Below are positions 1 to 13,100 of a stretch of 64,000 nucleotides of DNA, one piece after another. The number at the start of each line of letters is the position of its first letter. Position 1 is the stretch's first letter. The translations under genes and the position numbers were made by a program. The notes under the pieces are model-generated. The model had not been told where the DNA came from. It made no database searches and worked only from the letters and a program-made list of their open reading frames with translations. Location: NCBI GenBank assembly GCA_050230475.1, contig JBFLGF010000208.1, forward strand, positions 1 through 64,000. Reading direction: 5' to 3'. This DNA is from Ancylonema sp. (taxonomy: Eukaryota).

Positions 1-515
1 CGTCGACTTGGCACGGGGGGAAAAATCGACGAACGTCATGTACTTTATTTTTTAATTAAGAGTGGTCATAATAAATTTGTCCTTCTTCGCACGTTAATCG
101 GCCAATAAGTCGAAGTTGCATAAAAAAGTACACCGATACGACAGACGACGTTCCCGTGATTTTGGATTTACCTCGTTGCAGGCACATCTGACCTGAGAGC
201 CCCTAGCAAACGTCCCTATAACGCATATGAGCGTTACAGACAAATACACGTTACGGGCACACATTTTCCGTGTCCCAAAGCTGGGCCTATTTACTGTAGT
301 TCCATTATTGGAGTTTAAATGAAACTCGACCTCGCGCCACAAATGGATTTGTCTTGCACTGTGCTGGCTCCTTCCTCCCCAGTACGGCAAAGTCCTCGGT
401 GATGCGATTGAAGTTAAACGGGCTTGCAGTTCGTCACGTTAAACAACGGCGCGAAAGTAAATAAGTTGGCTTCTGTGAGCGCCCAGAACAAAGCAGGCGA
501 TGCTTCGGAACAATA

Positions 516-2012
516 ATGAACGCAGCTGCTATCTTTATTGAGCGTAGTCTTGTGAGCTGTGAACACACTCAAGCGAGGTCTTCGGTTTCATCAGCACCTG
601 AATATCACTGCTCGCGGCTCACCCATATCAATTTCCTGCGGTGTAGGAGAGTCTTGAGTATCACAGTCACACAGTTGAGAAAGATTGTCCCAGGGTCTGC
701 CCCTGCAGCCTCGACAATGCCCAGTGTGAACGCAGCTAAACCAAGAAGCCATACCCTGGGTCCGCAGTCTGATGGAATCTTTGAAAATTCCGCCATAAAA
801 AATTCTGCGAGAGCTTCTCACAAGGAAATGATTCTGGCGGCGGAACTCTTTGTGAAGGACGTCATGAAAAATTGGGATTCCTCCCACGACTGGTGGCACG
901 CGGAGAGGGTCCGCCAGGTGGCAGTCTCCCTTGCCGTGGAGGAGGGACTTACGGAGGAGAGCCAAGAACTGGTCTGTCATTGCGTACACTTCCTAATCTG
1001 CGTTACTATGTTTGTAGCGTACATCAGCTTTACAGGAGCAAATTGTCTCCATAAGCAGTATTACACATAACACACAAGTATTACATACATCACACTCTTC
1101 CCGGCCACCCTGTATTTGACTCCAGTCCTTCCGAAATGGTGAAGAATGCACCGTGAGTAGATGCCAGAGTGAAAGTTTCATGTCCTCAATTCACCTCATG
1201 CACAACGGTGCACTGAAGTAAGGTACTTGCTCATGTCTCCTTACCATACCTTTGATTCGTGCAGGTGGAATTAGAAGCTCTTTTGCACGATGTTGGTAAG
1301 CTTTCCCATCACTCCACCACTCCAAATATACTCTGCCTTTCTGCCTTTCTGCCTTTCTGCGCAGTTCAGCGTTCTGCGTCGTCCTCATTATTTCTAAGGC
1401 CAGCACAGCACATCCACACACATCCGAAGCCTTCGAATTCAAATTAAAAGTGAACAAGTTCTGGTCCACTTTGCGTTTTAAAGATGGCGCGACTGCCTGA
1501 AACCTCTCCCTCCCCCCTGCCCCTGCCTGCTGCTTTCAGGTGATCACAAATACGCCAAATTGTGAGCGGGTGAAGTCGCTTTGCACAGATATCCATCCCT
1601 ATCATGTGCCCCCTTGGCCTCAGACCGTAGCCTACCTTCCAATGTGCCATCACTGACGCAAGAGTACATGGACCACAGCTTTTTCCACCTTCCAATGCAA
1701 TCTGCTATTAACTCCTGCCATTGTCGTCATGGGTACGGTTTTCAATGCCAGTGCCGCATGTGTGGGCTGCAGAGGCTCCGCCGGACCAGAGGCCATTGCA
1801 GCGTTCCTCACCGCCCACAACTATCCCGAAGAGAACACTCGTACCATCATGGCAATCATCACCCGAATGGGTGAAGCCCCCGTTGCAGAGCAACATAGTC
1901 TCACTATCTGCTATACAAGAAAGCGCATTCCCCTGTGTTATACACGATGTTTTTATATCGTGTATGCAGTTATTCGTATATACGTATATATGTATATACA
2001 TATATGTATATG

Positions 2013-2065
<53 letters not shown>

Positions 2066-3508
2066 TTATATGCATATATACATGTAAATGTATACATAAA
2101 CCTTTTATATATATATAAATACATGTATGTAGATATGCATATGCATATATGTGTATATGTAAAGTATAGACGCATGTATATGTCTATATGTAGATATGTA
2201 TATATATATTCATATATTTGTATGTCGTCCGAATGACTGTATACAGAGGTGTCAGCCTGTTTGGAATACCATGCAAGGCCTGGTGAGCAGAGGGTGAATG
2301 CCTTGATCTTGTGCGGGGGTGGCATGTGTAGCTGGAGAAGTACCTGACATGGATGATGACACTCTTGCTGAACCTGAAATAACTGCGCATACTCATCCTG
2401 TACTCATGAAGTGAAGCACCTTGTATGTATTCTCATTCTGAATCTTCTGCCATTTTCTTTTGGTTCTGGCCTTGTCCACAATGCTCAAAGCTGTCGACGA
2501 TGATTGAGTATGCTCCCTCCTGTAACTCCCTACTTAGGCGCCTTAAGTGGGAGAAAGGTATTAAATTCACGGAGTGACCAACTGATCATGTTCTTCAGCA
2601 GGGAAACATGGCTACATTAATCCACGGTTGAGAAGTATACACGACAGGGTCTCGGAAACAAGTTGTGACATGGTGAGGTGCTCTGGCAGGATTCAAGGAG
2701 GACCTCGGGGGAGAGATGTCCAACGGAATATTCCCGGAGCTGGCAGTGGTGCAAGATGCAGACCGCCTGGATGCAATTGGAGCCATAGGTATGGTGGCAT
2801 CTGGCATCTGGCATCTGACATCTGTTTATGCTTCTCATGCCGTGTTCGTGAGTTGCGATCACGTGATTTTCCAGATTCCAGATTTCCAGATTCAGCATTC
2901 ATGCTGGACAGATTCCCCTATATGGTTAGACAGAGTCGATGAGGACCTACAATGACAGGTGACATCGAAAATAGTGGAACAGCTGCTCAATGGCAATACG
3001 CAACTCTGTGCGTCCAAAACTTTCTGCCAACACTTTTGCTGTGTTTTTCGCACACTGTTCTATTATTTCTCAGGGGTGGCTAGATGTCTGACCTATGGTG
3101 GCAGTCGAAACAGAGTCTTACACGATCCCGAGTCGCAGTTCCGGGAGACTCTTAGCAAAGAAGCTTACCAGAATGACAGCACCAAGTCGACTACCATCCA
3201 TCACTTCTACGAAAAACTGTTGAAGCTCAAGGACCTGATGAAGACTGCGGTGAATACCCTGAACTCGTGCAGACTCACTCATATTCTTGGAGAAATATCC
3301 GCATAGTAAGAAGTGTAGCCCGCATGAAGTGAAGTGAATCGCACCAATGATAATGGTTCTTGCTGTGCTGTGCGGTACGTGAGGGTTCGGTAACCAATAA
3401 ATTGTTGCGGCGTTTTGCCAGGCTGGGAGAAAACGAGCGGCAAAGAGGCATGAATTCATGGAGCTCTTTCTGGAGACGTTTTATGCCGAATGGAGGGGAG
3501 AGGCGTAG
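516..3508 (+). CDS. HD-domain metal-dependent phosphohydrolase (YpgQ-like), 7 exons
   Basis: GT-AG exons (516-971, 1265-1295, 1540-1561, 1773-1870, 2690-2788, 3074-3249, 3422-3508) join in frame. They give SHDWWHAERV..., ALLHDVGDHKY, VVQDADRLDAIGAIGVARCLTYGG, TIHHFYEKLLKLKDLMKT and FYAEWRGEA*. The start codon is uncertain (in-frame ATGs at 516, 717 and 828). Confidence 0.9.
1977..2222. repeat. (TA)n-rich degenerate microsatellite in an HD-gene intron
   Basis: Visible TA/TATG/TACA low-complexity tract. Confidence 0.9.
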
Positions 3509-4434
3509 GGATGACTTCTGGCCTTCTCCCAGTGCTAAGAGGGACTTTGTACATACGTTGGTTTTTTTTATACTATATCATGTATCAAGCTGTCACTGGA
3601 GAAATCAGCACAACATGATCTCGAAACTGTAACGACTCAAGCAGTGATAAGGTAGTGTATGCACCATGGGTCACTTGTGTTCGGGACAGAAACATGAGCC
3701 ACATCATGGGTGATGTGAGCTGCAACTGGTGTGTTTTCTGGTATACAACAAAACAAGAGGGCTCCCTCAAATTGAATACAGCACCACTTCACTCTATACC
3801 ATTGACCATTCTCAGCATACACACGAACAAGGCCTTGTAGCACATTGGCTGTAAGAGCCTTGTCACATCACTTAGACATGAGTGCCCAAATCTGACACGG
3901 AAATATCCATGTCCAGTGATGCAATGACATTGCGTCATTGTTGCTCAAAGCCACTCGTTCCTAAATACTTCAAAGTAAGACCAAGATGTGATCAGCAGAA
4001 GTGGACTTGCTTAGTCTCTCCTCTAGCGTCCCTCCCGGCATCTCTATTGCTCCGTAAAGATTCCGTAAGACAAGTGAGTGAGCTATGATCCAAGATACCT
4101 AGATACCTCGATGAGGCAAGGTTTTGATGCACCCAACATCCAGCCTGCATCCATGCAAGGCAAAGTGAGGACGTAAGATGACGACTTCGAGATGAGATAT
4201 AGAAAGAAGTAAGAAACGTTTCTTACTCGCAGGTGTAGAGACAGGAACAAATAAACTTGCAGGGGTACTCTCGATTGGCTCAGATTGTCAAGAGGCAGGT
4301 GGTACCTCAGTAGCCAATGAGAGGCGTGGGAATCCCACAATGCTGGGACCAACTGTTGACACAAATCCTGTTTCTTGAAGACAAAAAATTTGTGGTACTG
4401 TTGCAGGCACTTTCTCTCGAGAGTTATCGAAGAG

Positions 4435-5654
4435 TCAGGGTATGAAGGCCGAGATGAGCAGCTGGGCAAAAGCTGCATCTGACACATTTACTTCATTGTA
4501 TGAATGCAAAGCTTCCGCAAGCTGGGCAGCCAGTTGATGCTTACACTGCAAAGCAGCCCACAATATACATACATTCATCAGGATCATACATCAGTGCACA
4601 GAGGCTGGCATTGAGACGACTGATATGAATGGCGATCGAATCTGAAATTCAAGAGCCAAGCAATTCGGATCTGAATAAGAAATGGGAGGCAGGGATGCGT
4701 GTCGTACATAGAGCTGTTCCCCTTTGAAGAGAACATCGTAAAAGAAAGAATGACAGCCACAGTAGTGCTTCGGGAAACAGAGGTATTCTTCTCCTCCTTT
4801 CGAATGACCTCGCACCTGTGGGCAGGCAACACACAAAGCCGTGGCCCTAAGGGAGAAGTGAGGAGGCAACCAAATCTGAATGTCCTCAAGCTCACACACA
4901 CGCTATTGAAAACATTGCAGAACAGAAAATTGGAGACTGGTGAAAGAGGGGGGAGAAGACCACAATTTGAGTTGATGTGCGACAAGACTTGTACTGGAAA
5001 TCCGAGCGAACCTGAAAGACCTTTCGACAGCTTTGTTCCGCAGTCATGAGTCGAACCCCACCGAAGTCGACTATTTCTACAGCTCGTTCAATGTTCTTGC
5101 CAAAAAGGAAGGCCAATCTGTAATGCACATGGAAGTTGGAGGCTGGCATGAGCAGAGTAGCAACCCAAGAATAAATGATAAACATCAATGGACATTCTCC
5201 GAGCATCCGAAAAATGAGCGAGGGCACAATAATTGCTCCGCCTTACTTCGAGAGCTGCTCCTCTGTCACTGCGAGCACAAACACAAATCTCTCTCAGATG
5301 ATTTGAAATAGGATACTCGTGTTTTCTGAAGAGTAATATGTTTGTACATATTTGAGTGCACTGAAGCGCTGAAAACGGGATTTCAAAACGACCGACATGG
5401 CATCTCGAAACCCTGTAATATAGTTTCAGAGCTTCAGTGCGCTCATATAACTACACCAGATCACTTTATTCAGATCTCCCGTTGAAGACCAGCGCTTTTC
5501 AAAGATGTGAGCTGATAACTCAGTCGGAAAGGAGCATGGACGTACCTTTCGCTGAATTACGGCTTCCGCCTCCATCAAATTGGCTTTCTTGAGACGCAAT
5601 AGCTGCAATCTCTTCGAATATCAAATTTGCAACATCTGCAGCGGTATCTGTCAT
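4435..5654 (-). CDS. SSN2: SWIM zinc-finger protein, SSN2/SWS1/ZSWIM7 family (Shu complex, homologous recombination), 5 exons; copy 1
   Basis: Spliced product: MTDTAADVANLIFEEIAAIASQESQFDGGGSRNSAK|VTEEQLSK|LAFLFGKNIERAVEIVDFGGVRLMTAEQSCRKVFQ|VRGHSKGGEEYLCFPKHYCGCHSFFYDVLFKGEQLY|CKHQLAAQLAEALHSYNEVNVSDAAFAQLLISAFIP*. It contains the SWIM CxC...CxH motif. Confidence 0.9.
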
Positions 5655-6597
5655 TCTTGGCTGAAGAAATGGTATTGATATTGGACAATGTTGCTGCAAT
5701 TTTTGCTGTTAAGCTGTTCCTCTATTGCGCGTGCGCTATAACAGCAACTAGCATAGTTCAACCGTAAGTAAACGGGTGATCCCGATGTACTGAGTGTGAA
5801 ACGAAATTATTCCAAAGGCCTTGAAGCGCTTGATTACTACTGTAGTCGTCGAATGAAATCTTCATCTCCCTCAGCCAGCTCCAACTGACAACAAGTGAAG
5901 AAGCTTGTAGCACGATAAGGATATCTGCGAGTTACAACTACCGTCATCAGCGTGTATTTTCTGCAAGTTCATGCTTCTGTTTGTCAGTTGCGCAATTCAA
6001 GAGACGCTTGGGAGCAGCTATTCAGGGTCGTTGTATGCAGCAAAGAGTAGTGTTCGGTTAAAAAAGAGGTCGTTGTGACTCTGAACGTTTTGATCAGTAT
6101 TTTCCCGCCAATTTTTGTCCGAATCGGATTCACTCTTCCGTTAAAATAAAGTCAAAGTCGGTCTTGTGCCACGTCGGCTATGCTTGGGGGTCAGCCAACA
6201 GTCCTGTCTGTGCTCAGAGCACAATCAGACCCTTCTTCGGACGGGCACAGCCATTTTTTCTGTGGGAGCCCGTTCGGAAAGCTCGTCAGCCTCATCTTGA
6301 CCCTCGCAGACTATCTGACGAAAAGGGCCTTTGATTCATGATGATAAAAACCTTCTTCTCCAATCTCTTGCGAAGAGCGCTTATGGCGGTGAATGGGGCA
6401 TGCGACCCTTCCCCCGTTCCCTTCCTCCGATCCCAGCGACAGAATGTAGCCGGGAGCAATGTCAAAAATTATTTTGCATCCTCCTTCGATTTTGAAGCAA
6501 AACAGAAGCAGTGGTCCATGCAGTTCCGCATTCCTCTTTCGGAGTTATTGAAGGACACGGAATTAAGCGAGCTGGAAGTGCCGACAGAGATTCTGAG

Positions 6598-7569
6598 ATG
6601 GCTTCAATTCGAATTGCCTCGCTGCTATTTTCTCTTTGCGTCATGTTGCACGTGTCTTCAGTGGTTCCAAGTGGTACGTCTGGACCTTTGGCAGTTGATT
6701 ATGTTGCGCAACATAATCATACAACAAAAATGTATCTTCCCTATGAACGAACGAACAGATAAGACCGTCATTGTTATCATGAAAGCATGCAAGCATGTAT
6801 GAAATATGAAATTTGAAGCCAGAATCACAGTCTTCGTGCATGTATACACTCACCGAGTGTCATATTACGCTCAGGTGTTGCCGAGAGATATGAATAAAAT
6901 GTTCAGAGATAACGCGAGAATGTACAGCAGTGAGGTCGCATGCTAGAGGCATTGAATAGGACTTGTCAGGACCGAACCTCCCTCTTCTGTAGCATTTTTC
7001 ATCGCAAAACTGTCTGCAAACATCGGATTACACAGCAAGGAAGCACTGCCTGAAAGCATCCATAACCGTAACCGTAACCATAACCGTAACCGAGATGCAG
7101 TAATACCGCCATCGTGTCATGTGCATGTTGCGCACACCATACATCCAGAAGACCATCAAACGACCACCCATCCGTGCATTCAAGCTATCCACTGTCTTCG
7201 ATTCTTTGTTTGCTGCCCCTCTCTACCGCACGTCTTCAATCACTCCTCTCCCGTTGCTATCACTTCTTCTTTCTGCTCTTCCCTTCATCCATTGATATAC
7301 GTTGGACCTCCTGGGAACCCCCTCGATCATCCCACCACACTCCAAATGCGTCTGCTACTGCCCCTTATCCTCCTACCCCTGCACCCCCCCCCCCTCTCCA
7401 CCCCCCCAACCTGCCCCCTCCTGCCTCTCCATAAGTATAGCAGAAGCCTCCTCCCCAGCCCCTCTGGAGGGGCCAGTCTGCAACGGCATCACTCTCATGT
7501 ACACAGTGGACGAGATCATCAAGATCCCCTCGATCAAGACTGGGAAGATGCAGCCGTACGGGTTTCGCG
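6598..7569 (+). other. Truncated 5' duplicate of the COBRA-like gene (exon 1 and part of exon 2)
   Basis: Same sequence as 10145-11116; breaks off at the n at 7570. Confidence 0.85.
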
Positions 7570-7981
7570 NAAGCGTCCCTCCCGGCATCTCTATTGCTCC
7601 GTAAAGATTCCGTAAGACAAGTGAGTGAGCTATGATCCAAGATACCTAGATACCTCGATGAGGCAAGGTTTTGATGCACCCAACATCCAGCCTGCATCCA
7701 TGCAAGGCAAAGTGAGGACGTAAGATGACGACTTCGAGATGAGATATAGAAAGAAGTAAGAAACGTTTCTTACTCGCAGGTGTAGAGACAGGAACAAATA
7801 AACTTGCAGGGGTACTCTCGATTGGCTCAGATTGTCAAGAGGCAGGTGGTACCTCAGTAGCCAATGAGAGGCGTGGGAATCCCACAATGCTGGGACCAAC
7901 TGTTGACACAAATCCTGTTTCTTGAAGACAAAAAATTTGTGGTACTGTTGCAGGCACTTTCTCTCGAGAGTTATCGAAGAG

Positions 7982-9201
7982 TCAGGGTATGAAGGCCGAG
8001 ATGAGCAGCTGGGCAAAAGCTGCATCTGACACATTTACTTCATTGTATGAATGCAAAGCTTCCGCAAGCTGGGCAGCCAGTTGATGCTTACACTGCAAAG
8101 CAGCCCACAATATACATACATTCATCAGGATCATACATCAGTGCACAGAGGCTGGCATTGAGACGACTGATATGAATGGCGATCGAATCTGAAATTCAAG
8201 AGCCAAGCAATTCGGATCTGAATAAGAAATGGGAGGCAGGGATGCGTGTCGTACATAGAGCTGTTCCCCTTTGAAGAGAACATCGTAAAAGAAAGAATGA
8301 CAGCCACAGTAGTGCTTCGGGAAACAGAGGTATTCTTCTCCTCCTTTCGAATGACCTCGCACCTGTGGGCAGGCAACACACAAAGCCGTGGCCCTAAGGG
8401 AGAAGTGAGGAGGCAACCAAATCTGAATGTCCTCAAGCTCACACACACGCTATTGAAAACATTGCAGAACAGAAAATTGGAGACTGGTGAAAGAGGGGGG
8501 AGAAGACCACAATTTGAGTTGATGTGCGACAAGACTTGTACTGGAAATCCGAGCGAACCTGAAAGACCTTTCGACAGCTTTGTTCCGCAGTCATGAGTCG
8601 AACCCCACCGAAGTCGACTATTTCTACAGCTCGTTCAATGTTCTTGCCAAAAAGGAAGGCCAATCTGTAATGCACATGGAAGTTGGAGGCTGGCATGAGC
8701 AGAGTAGCAACCCAAGAATAAATGATAAACATCAATGGACATTCTCCGAGCATCCGAAAAATGAGCGAGGGCACAATAATTGCTCCGCCTTACTTCGAGA
8801 GCTGCTCCTCTGTCACTGCGAGCACAAACACAAATCTCTCTCAGATGATTTGAAATAGGATACTCGTGTTTTCTGAAGAGTAATATGTTTGTACATATTT
8901 GAGTGCACTGAAGCGCTGAAAACGGGATTTCAAAACGACCGACATGGCATCTCGAAACCCTGTAATATAGTTTCAGAGCTTCAGTGCGCTCATATAACTA
9001 CACCAGATCACTTTATTCAGATCTCCCGTTGAAGACCAGCGCTTTTCAAAGATGTGAGCTGATAACTCAGTCGGAAAGGAGCATGGACGTACCTTTCGCT
9101 GAATTACGGCTTCCGCCTCCATCAAATTGGCTTTCTTGAGACGCAATAGCTGCAATCTCTTCGAATATCAAATTTGCAACATCTGCAGCGGTATCTGTCA
9201 T
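7982..9201 (-). CDS. SSN2: SSN2/SWS1/ZSWIM7 SWIM-finger protein; copy 2 (identical, probably an assembly duplicate)
   Basis: Same sequence as 4435-5654 shifted by +3547. Confidence 0.85.
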
Positions 9202-10144
9202 TCTTGGCTGAAGAAATGGTATTGATATTGGACAATGTTGCTGCAATTTTTGCTGTTAAGCTGTTCCTCTATTGCGCGTGCGCTATAACAGCAACTAGCA
9301 TAGTTCAACCGTAAGTAAACGGGTGATCCCGATGTACTGAGTGTGAAACGAAATTATTCCAAAGGCCTTGAAGCGCTTGATTACTACTGTAGTCGTCGAA
9401 TGAAATCTTCATCTCCCTCAGCCAGCTCCAACTGACAACAAGTGAAGAAGCTTGTAGCACGATAAGGATATCTGCGAGTTACAACTACCGTCATCAGCGT
9501 GTATTTTCTGCAAGTTCATGCTTCTGTTTGTCAGTTGCGCAATTCAAGAGACGCTTGGGAGCAGCTATTCAGGGTCGTTGTATGCAGCAAAGAGTAGTGT
9601 TCGGTTAAAAAAGAGGTCGTTGTGACTCTGAACGTTTTGATCAGTATTTTCCCGCCAATTTTTGTCCGAATCGGATTCACTCTTCCGTTAAAATAAAGTC
9701 AAAGTCGGTCTTGTGCCACGTCGGCTATGCTTGGGGGTCAGCCAACAGTCCTGTCTGTGCTCAGAGCACAATCAGACCCTTCTTCGGACGGGCACAGCCA
9801 TTTTTTCTGTGGGAGCCCGTTCGGAAAGCTCGTCAGCCTCATCTTGACCCTCGCAGACTATCTGACGAAAAGGGCCTTTGATTCATGATGATAAAAACCT
9901 TCTTCTCCAATCTCTTGCGAAGAGCGCTTATGGCGGTGAATGGGGCATGCGACCCTTCCCCCGTTCCCTTCCTCCGATCCCAGCGACAGAATGTAGCCGG
10001 GAGCAATGTCAAAAATTATTTTGCATCCTCCTTCGATTTTGAAGCAAAACAGAAGCAGTGGTCCATGCAGTTCCGCATTCCTCTTTCGGAGTTATTGAAG
10101 GACACGGAATTAAGCGAGCTGGAAGTGCCGACAGAGATTCTGAG

Positions 10145-13100
10145 ATGGCTTCAATTCGAATTGCCTCGCTGCTATTTTCTCTTTGCGTCATGTTGCACGT
10201 GTCTTCAGTGGTTCCAAGTGGTACGTCTGGACCTTTGGCAGTTGATTATGTTGCGCAACATAATCATACAACAAAAATGTATCTTCCCTATGAACGAACG
10301 AACAGATAAGACCGTCATTGTTATCATGAAAGCATGCAAGCATGTATGAAATATGAAATTTGAAGCCAGAATCACAGTCTTCGTGCATGTATACACTCAC
10401 CGAGTGTCATATTACGCTCAGGTGTTGCCGAGAGATATGAATAAAATGTTCAGAGATAACGCGAGAATGTACAGCAGTGAGGTCGCATGCTAGAGGCATT
10501 GAATAGGACTTGTCAGGACCGAACCTCCCTCTTCTGTAGCATTTTTCATCGCAAAACTGTCTGCAAACATCGGATTACACAGCAAGGAAGCACTGCCTGA
10601 AAGCATCCATAACCGTAACCGTAACCATAACCGTAACCGAGATGCAGTAATACCGCCATCGTGTCATGTGCATGTTGCGCACACCATACATCCAGAAGAC
10701 CATCAAACGACCACCCATCCGTGCATTCAAGCTATCCACTGTCTTCGATTCTTTGTTTGCTGCCCCTCTCTACCGCACGTCTTCAATCACTCCTCTCCCG
10801 TTGCTATCACTTCTTCTTTCTGCTCTTCCCTTCATCCATTGATATACGTTGGACCTCCTGGGAACCCCCTCGATCATCCCACCACACTCCAAATGCGTCT
10901 GCTACTGCCCCTTATCCTCCTACCCCTGCACCCCCCCCCCCTCTCCACCCCCCCAACCTGCCCCCTCCTGCCTCTCCATAAGTATAGCAGAAGCCTCCTC
11001 CCCAGCCCCTCTGGAGGGGCCAGTCTGCAACGGCATCACTCTCATGTACACAGTGGACGAGATCATCAAGATCCCCTCGATCAAGACTGGGAAGATGCAG
11101 CCGTACGGGTTTCGCGCCCATATGGGGATCGTGAATCTAGGGTCAAGGTGCGGAAGTGATCAACTCCAGAGGAATATGATCACTTTTTTTTTTTAACTTT
11201 TTTTTTTTGGATCTCATTTAAAAAAAAAAAAAATCAATTTTTAATTATGGGTCTCGATTCGAGAGATTTATAGTGGAGGATAAAAGCGATCTCGAATTGT
11301 TCTGCAAAAATAATGTAGTTGGACACTCTTTATGGAAATTATTGGTCGAGGAGCTTCACAGTGCCTTGAAACTGGCCGCGCGGCCAGTTTCAGAGGGGCC
11401 TACGTAAATATTTCGTAGAACGACCAGGTACAGTGAATCTGATGAGCTGTAGACTGCTTGAACCACAACCCCAACCCCAATCCTACAGAGTGAGTGGATC
11501 ACATCTGGGCAACGCTGCAATCTCTGTGATAGCCCCACATTTTTAAAATCAAATTTCCCATGTCGCCGCTATCCTACAAGCTTCTGTATTATATTTGCAC
11601 CAGTCGCCACCACCATCAACCTCCTCCTCCTCCTCCTCCTCCCAGGGATCTGAACCAGTGGCAAGCAAAAGTGGCGTATAAAAACAAAGAACTCATCACC
11701 TCCCTCGCCTACATTCAGACGGACTCAGATCTGCCCGCCCCAGGTACCACCTCCCCCCCACCCCCACCCCCACCCCTGCCCCTCACTCCACCACCATCCT
11801 CACCTACTTTAGGGTTCACTAACCAACCGACCGAATTCCATATAGCAACTGCGACCAAACCTGCAGTCAGATTCTCATTATTCACCCCCCCTCCCCATCC
11901 CCCCCCACCCAGCCGCCTCCCCCCCCCCACCTGGCCCCCCACTGCAGGGTCCAGCCTCGTCATGTACGGCGAAGTGGGTGTGACTGACGTGGTCGCGACA
12001 GCTGTCAACGCAGGAGGCGACCAGTCGCTGTATGCGAAGCAGATGACACTGAGCGGGACCACTTTTGGAGCCCCCACCCCCACAGCCGCCCTCCCCTCCA
12101 CCCTCCTCCTTCTCAACCCAGGTCAGGGTCAGGGTCAGGGTCAGGGTCAGGGTTGAGGTCAGGGCATCTTCTACTTCCAAACTGGGGGACCATCTCACCC
12201 TTCATCTCCTGGCCCTTCCCTGTGTTCAGGATACACGTGTGAGTCCGCCCTCCATGTGAACGCCACCCTCTCCTCCCCCTCCATCTCTGTGTGCTGCGTA
12301 GAGAGCTCCCTGCCTCCCCCCCCCCCCCCCCTGGCCACCCTGGATCCGAGTTTCGGGGGCATTTCAGTGCAGTGGGACATTGTGGAGGCCCAGTCCTCCT
12401 CCTACACCGCCCTTGTCACCATCACCAACCACCAGCTGTTCAAGCGGGTGGAGGACCCGGGGTGGGCGCTGACGTGGACGTGGGCCGCCAATGAGGTGAG
12501 GGGGGTAGAGCCAATCTGTAGCACTCATCCGGTTGTCATGCGGGTCAAACATTTGGACTCGGAACTGTCATCATCAGGCTCTCCTCTGCTCTCGAGTGGG
12601 CAGAGGATACCTGATCCTCTGCCCCTCCCCCCCCTCAGATCCTTTTGACCATCACAGGTGCAGAGGCCACCAAGGAGGGGGGCTGTCTGGACGTGGCAGC
12701 AGAGAAGAGTTACGGCACAGCCATCCAAAGCGCCCAGAGTTGCGCCCCCTCTCCCACCATCCTCGACCTCCCCTTCGACGCCTTCCAATCCAATTTCGGC
12801 CCCTTCCCGCCCCAGACCGCCCACCTGTCCTGCTGCAAAAACGGCACACTCGGCCTGCTCTCCTTCCCCAACAGGCTGGACCCCGCCTTCAGGCACTACC
12901 AGTATGCTGGGGTGAGGCTGGAGGCTGGGGGCTGGAGGGGATTTGGTGGGCGGAACATGGGAAGGTGGTTGCTGATGTGGCGCTTTCTGTGCGGCAGGGG
13001 AATGCGAGCGTGGCGCAATTCCGGATATCCGTGGGGAAGACGGTGAAGCAGATGCAGTTCAACAACATCATTCCCCCCTTTGGCTTCGACCTCGGCATCC

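Larger units (their letters stand above)
4025..11116. repeat. Tandem 3.55-kb direct duplication (4025-7569 = 7572-11116) joined at a single n
   Basis: Constant offset of 3547 nt, matching ORF tracks, no differences seen by eye, and an n at 7570. Confidence 0.95.

Noticed and set aside
1708..2325. Long ORFs rich in Y/I/H/V here and at 47796-48381
   Set aside because: They are stop-free translations of intronic micro- and minisatellites, not proteins.
7982..9201. Biological duplication of SSN2
   Set aside because: The copies look identical, including introns, and flank a single n, so an assembly overlap is more parsimonious.
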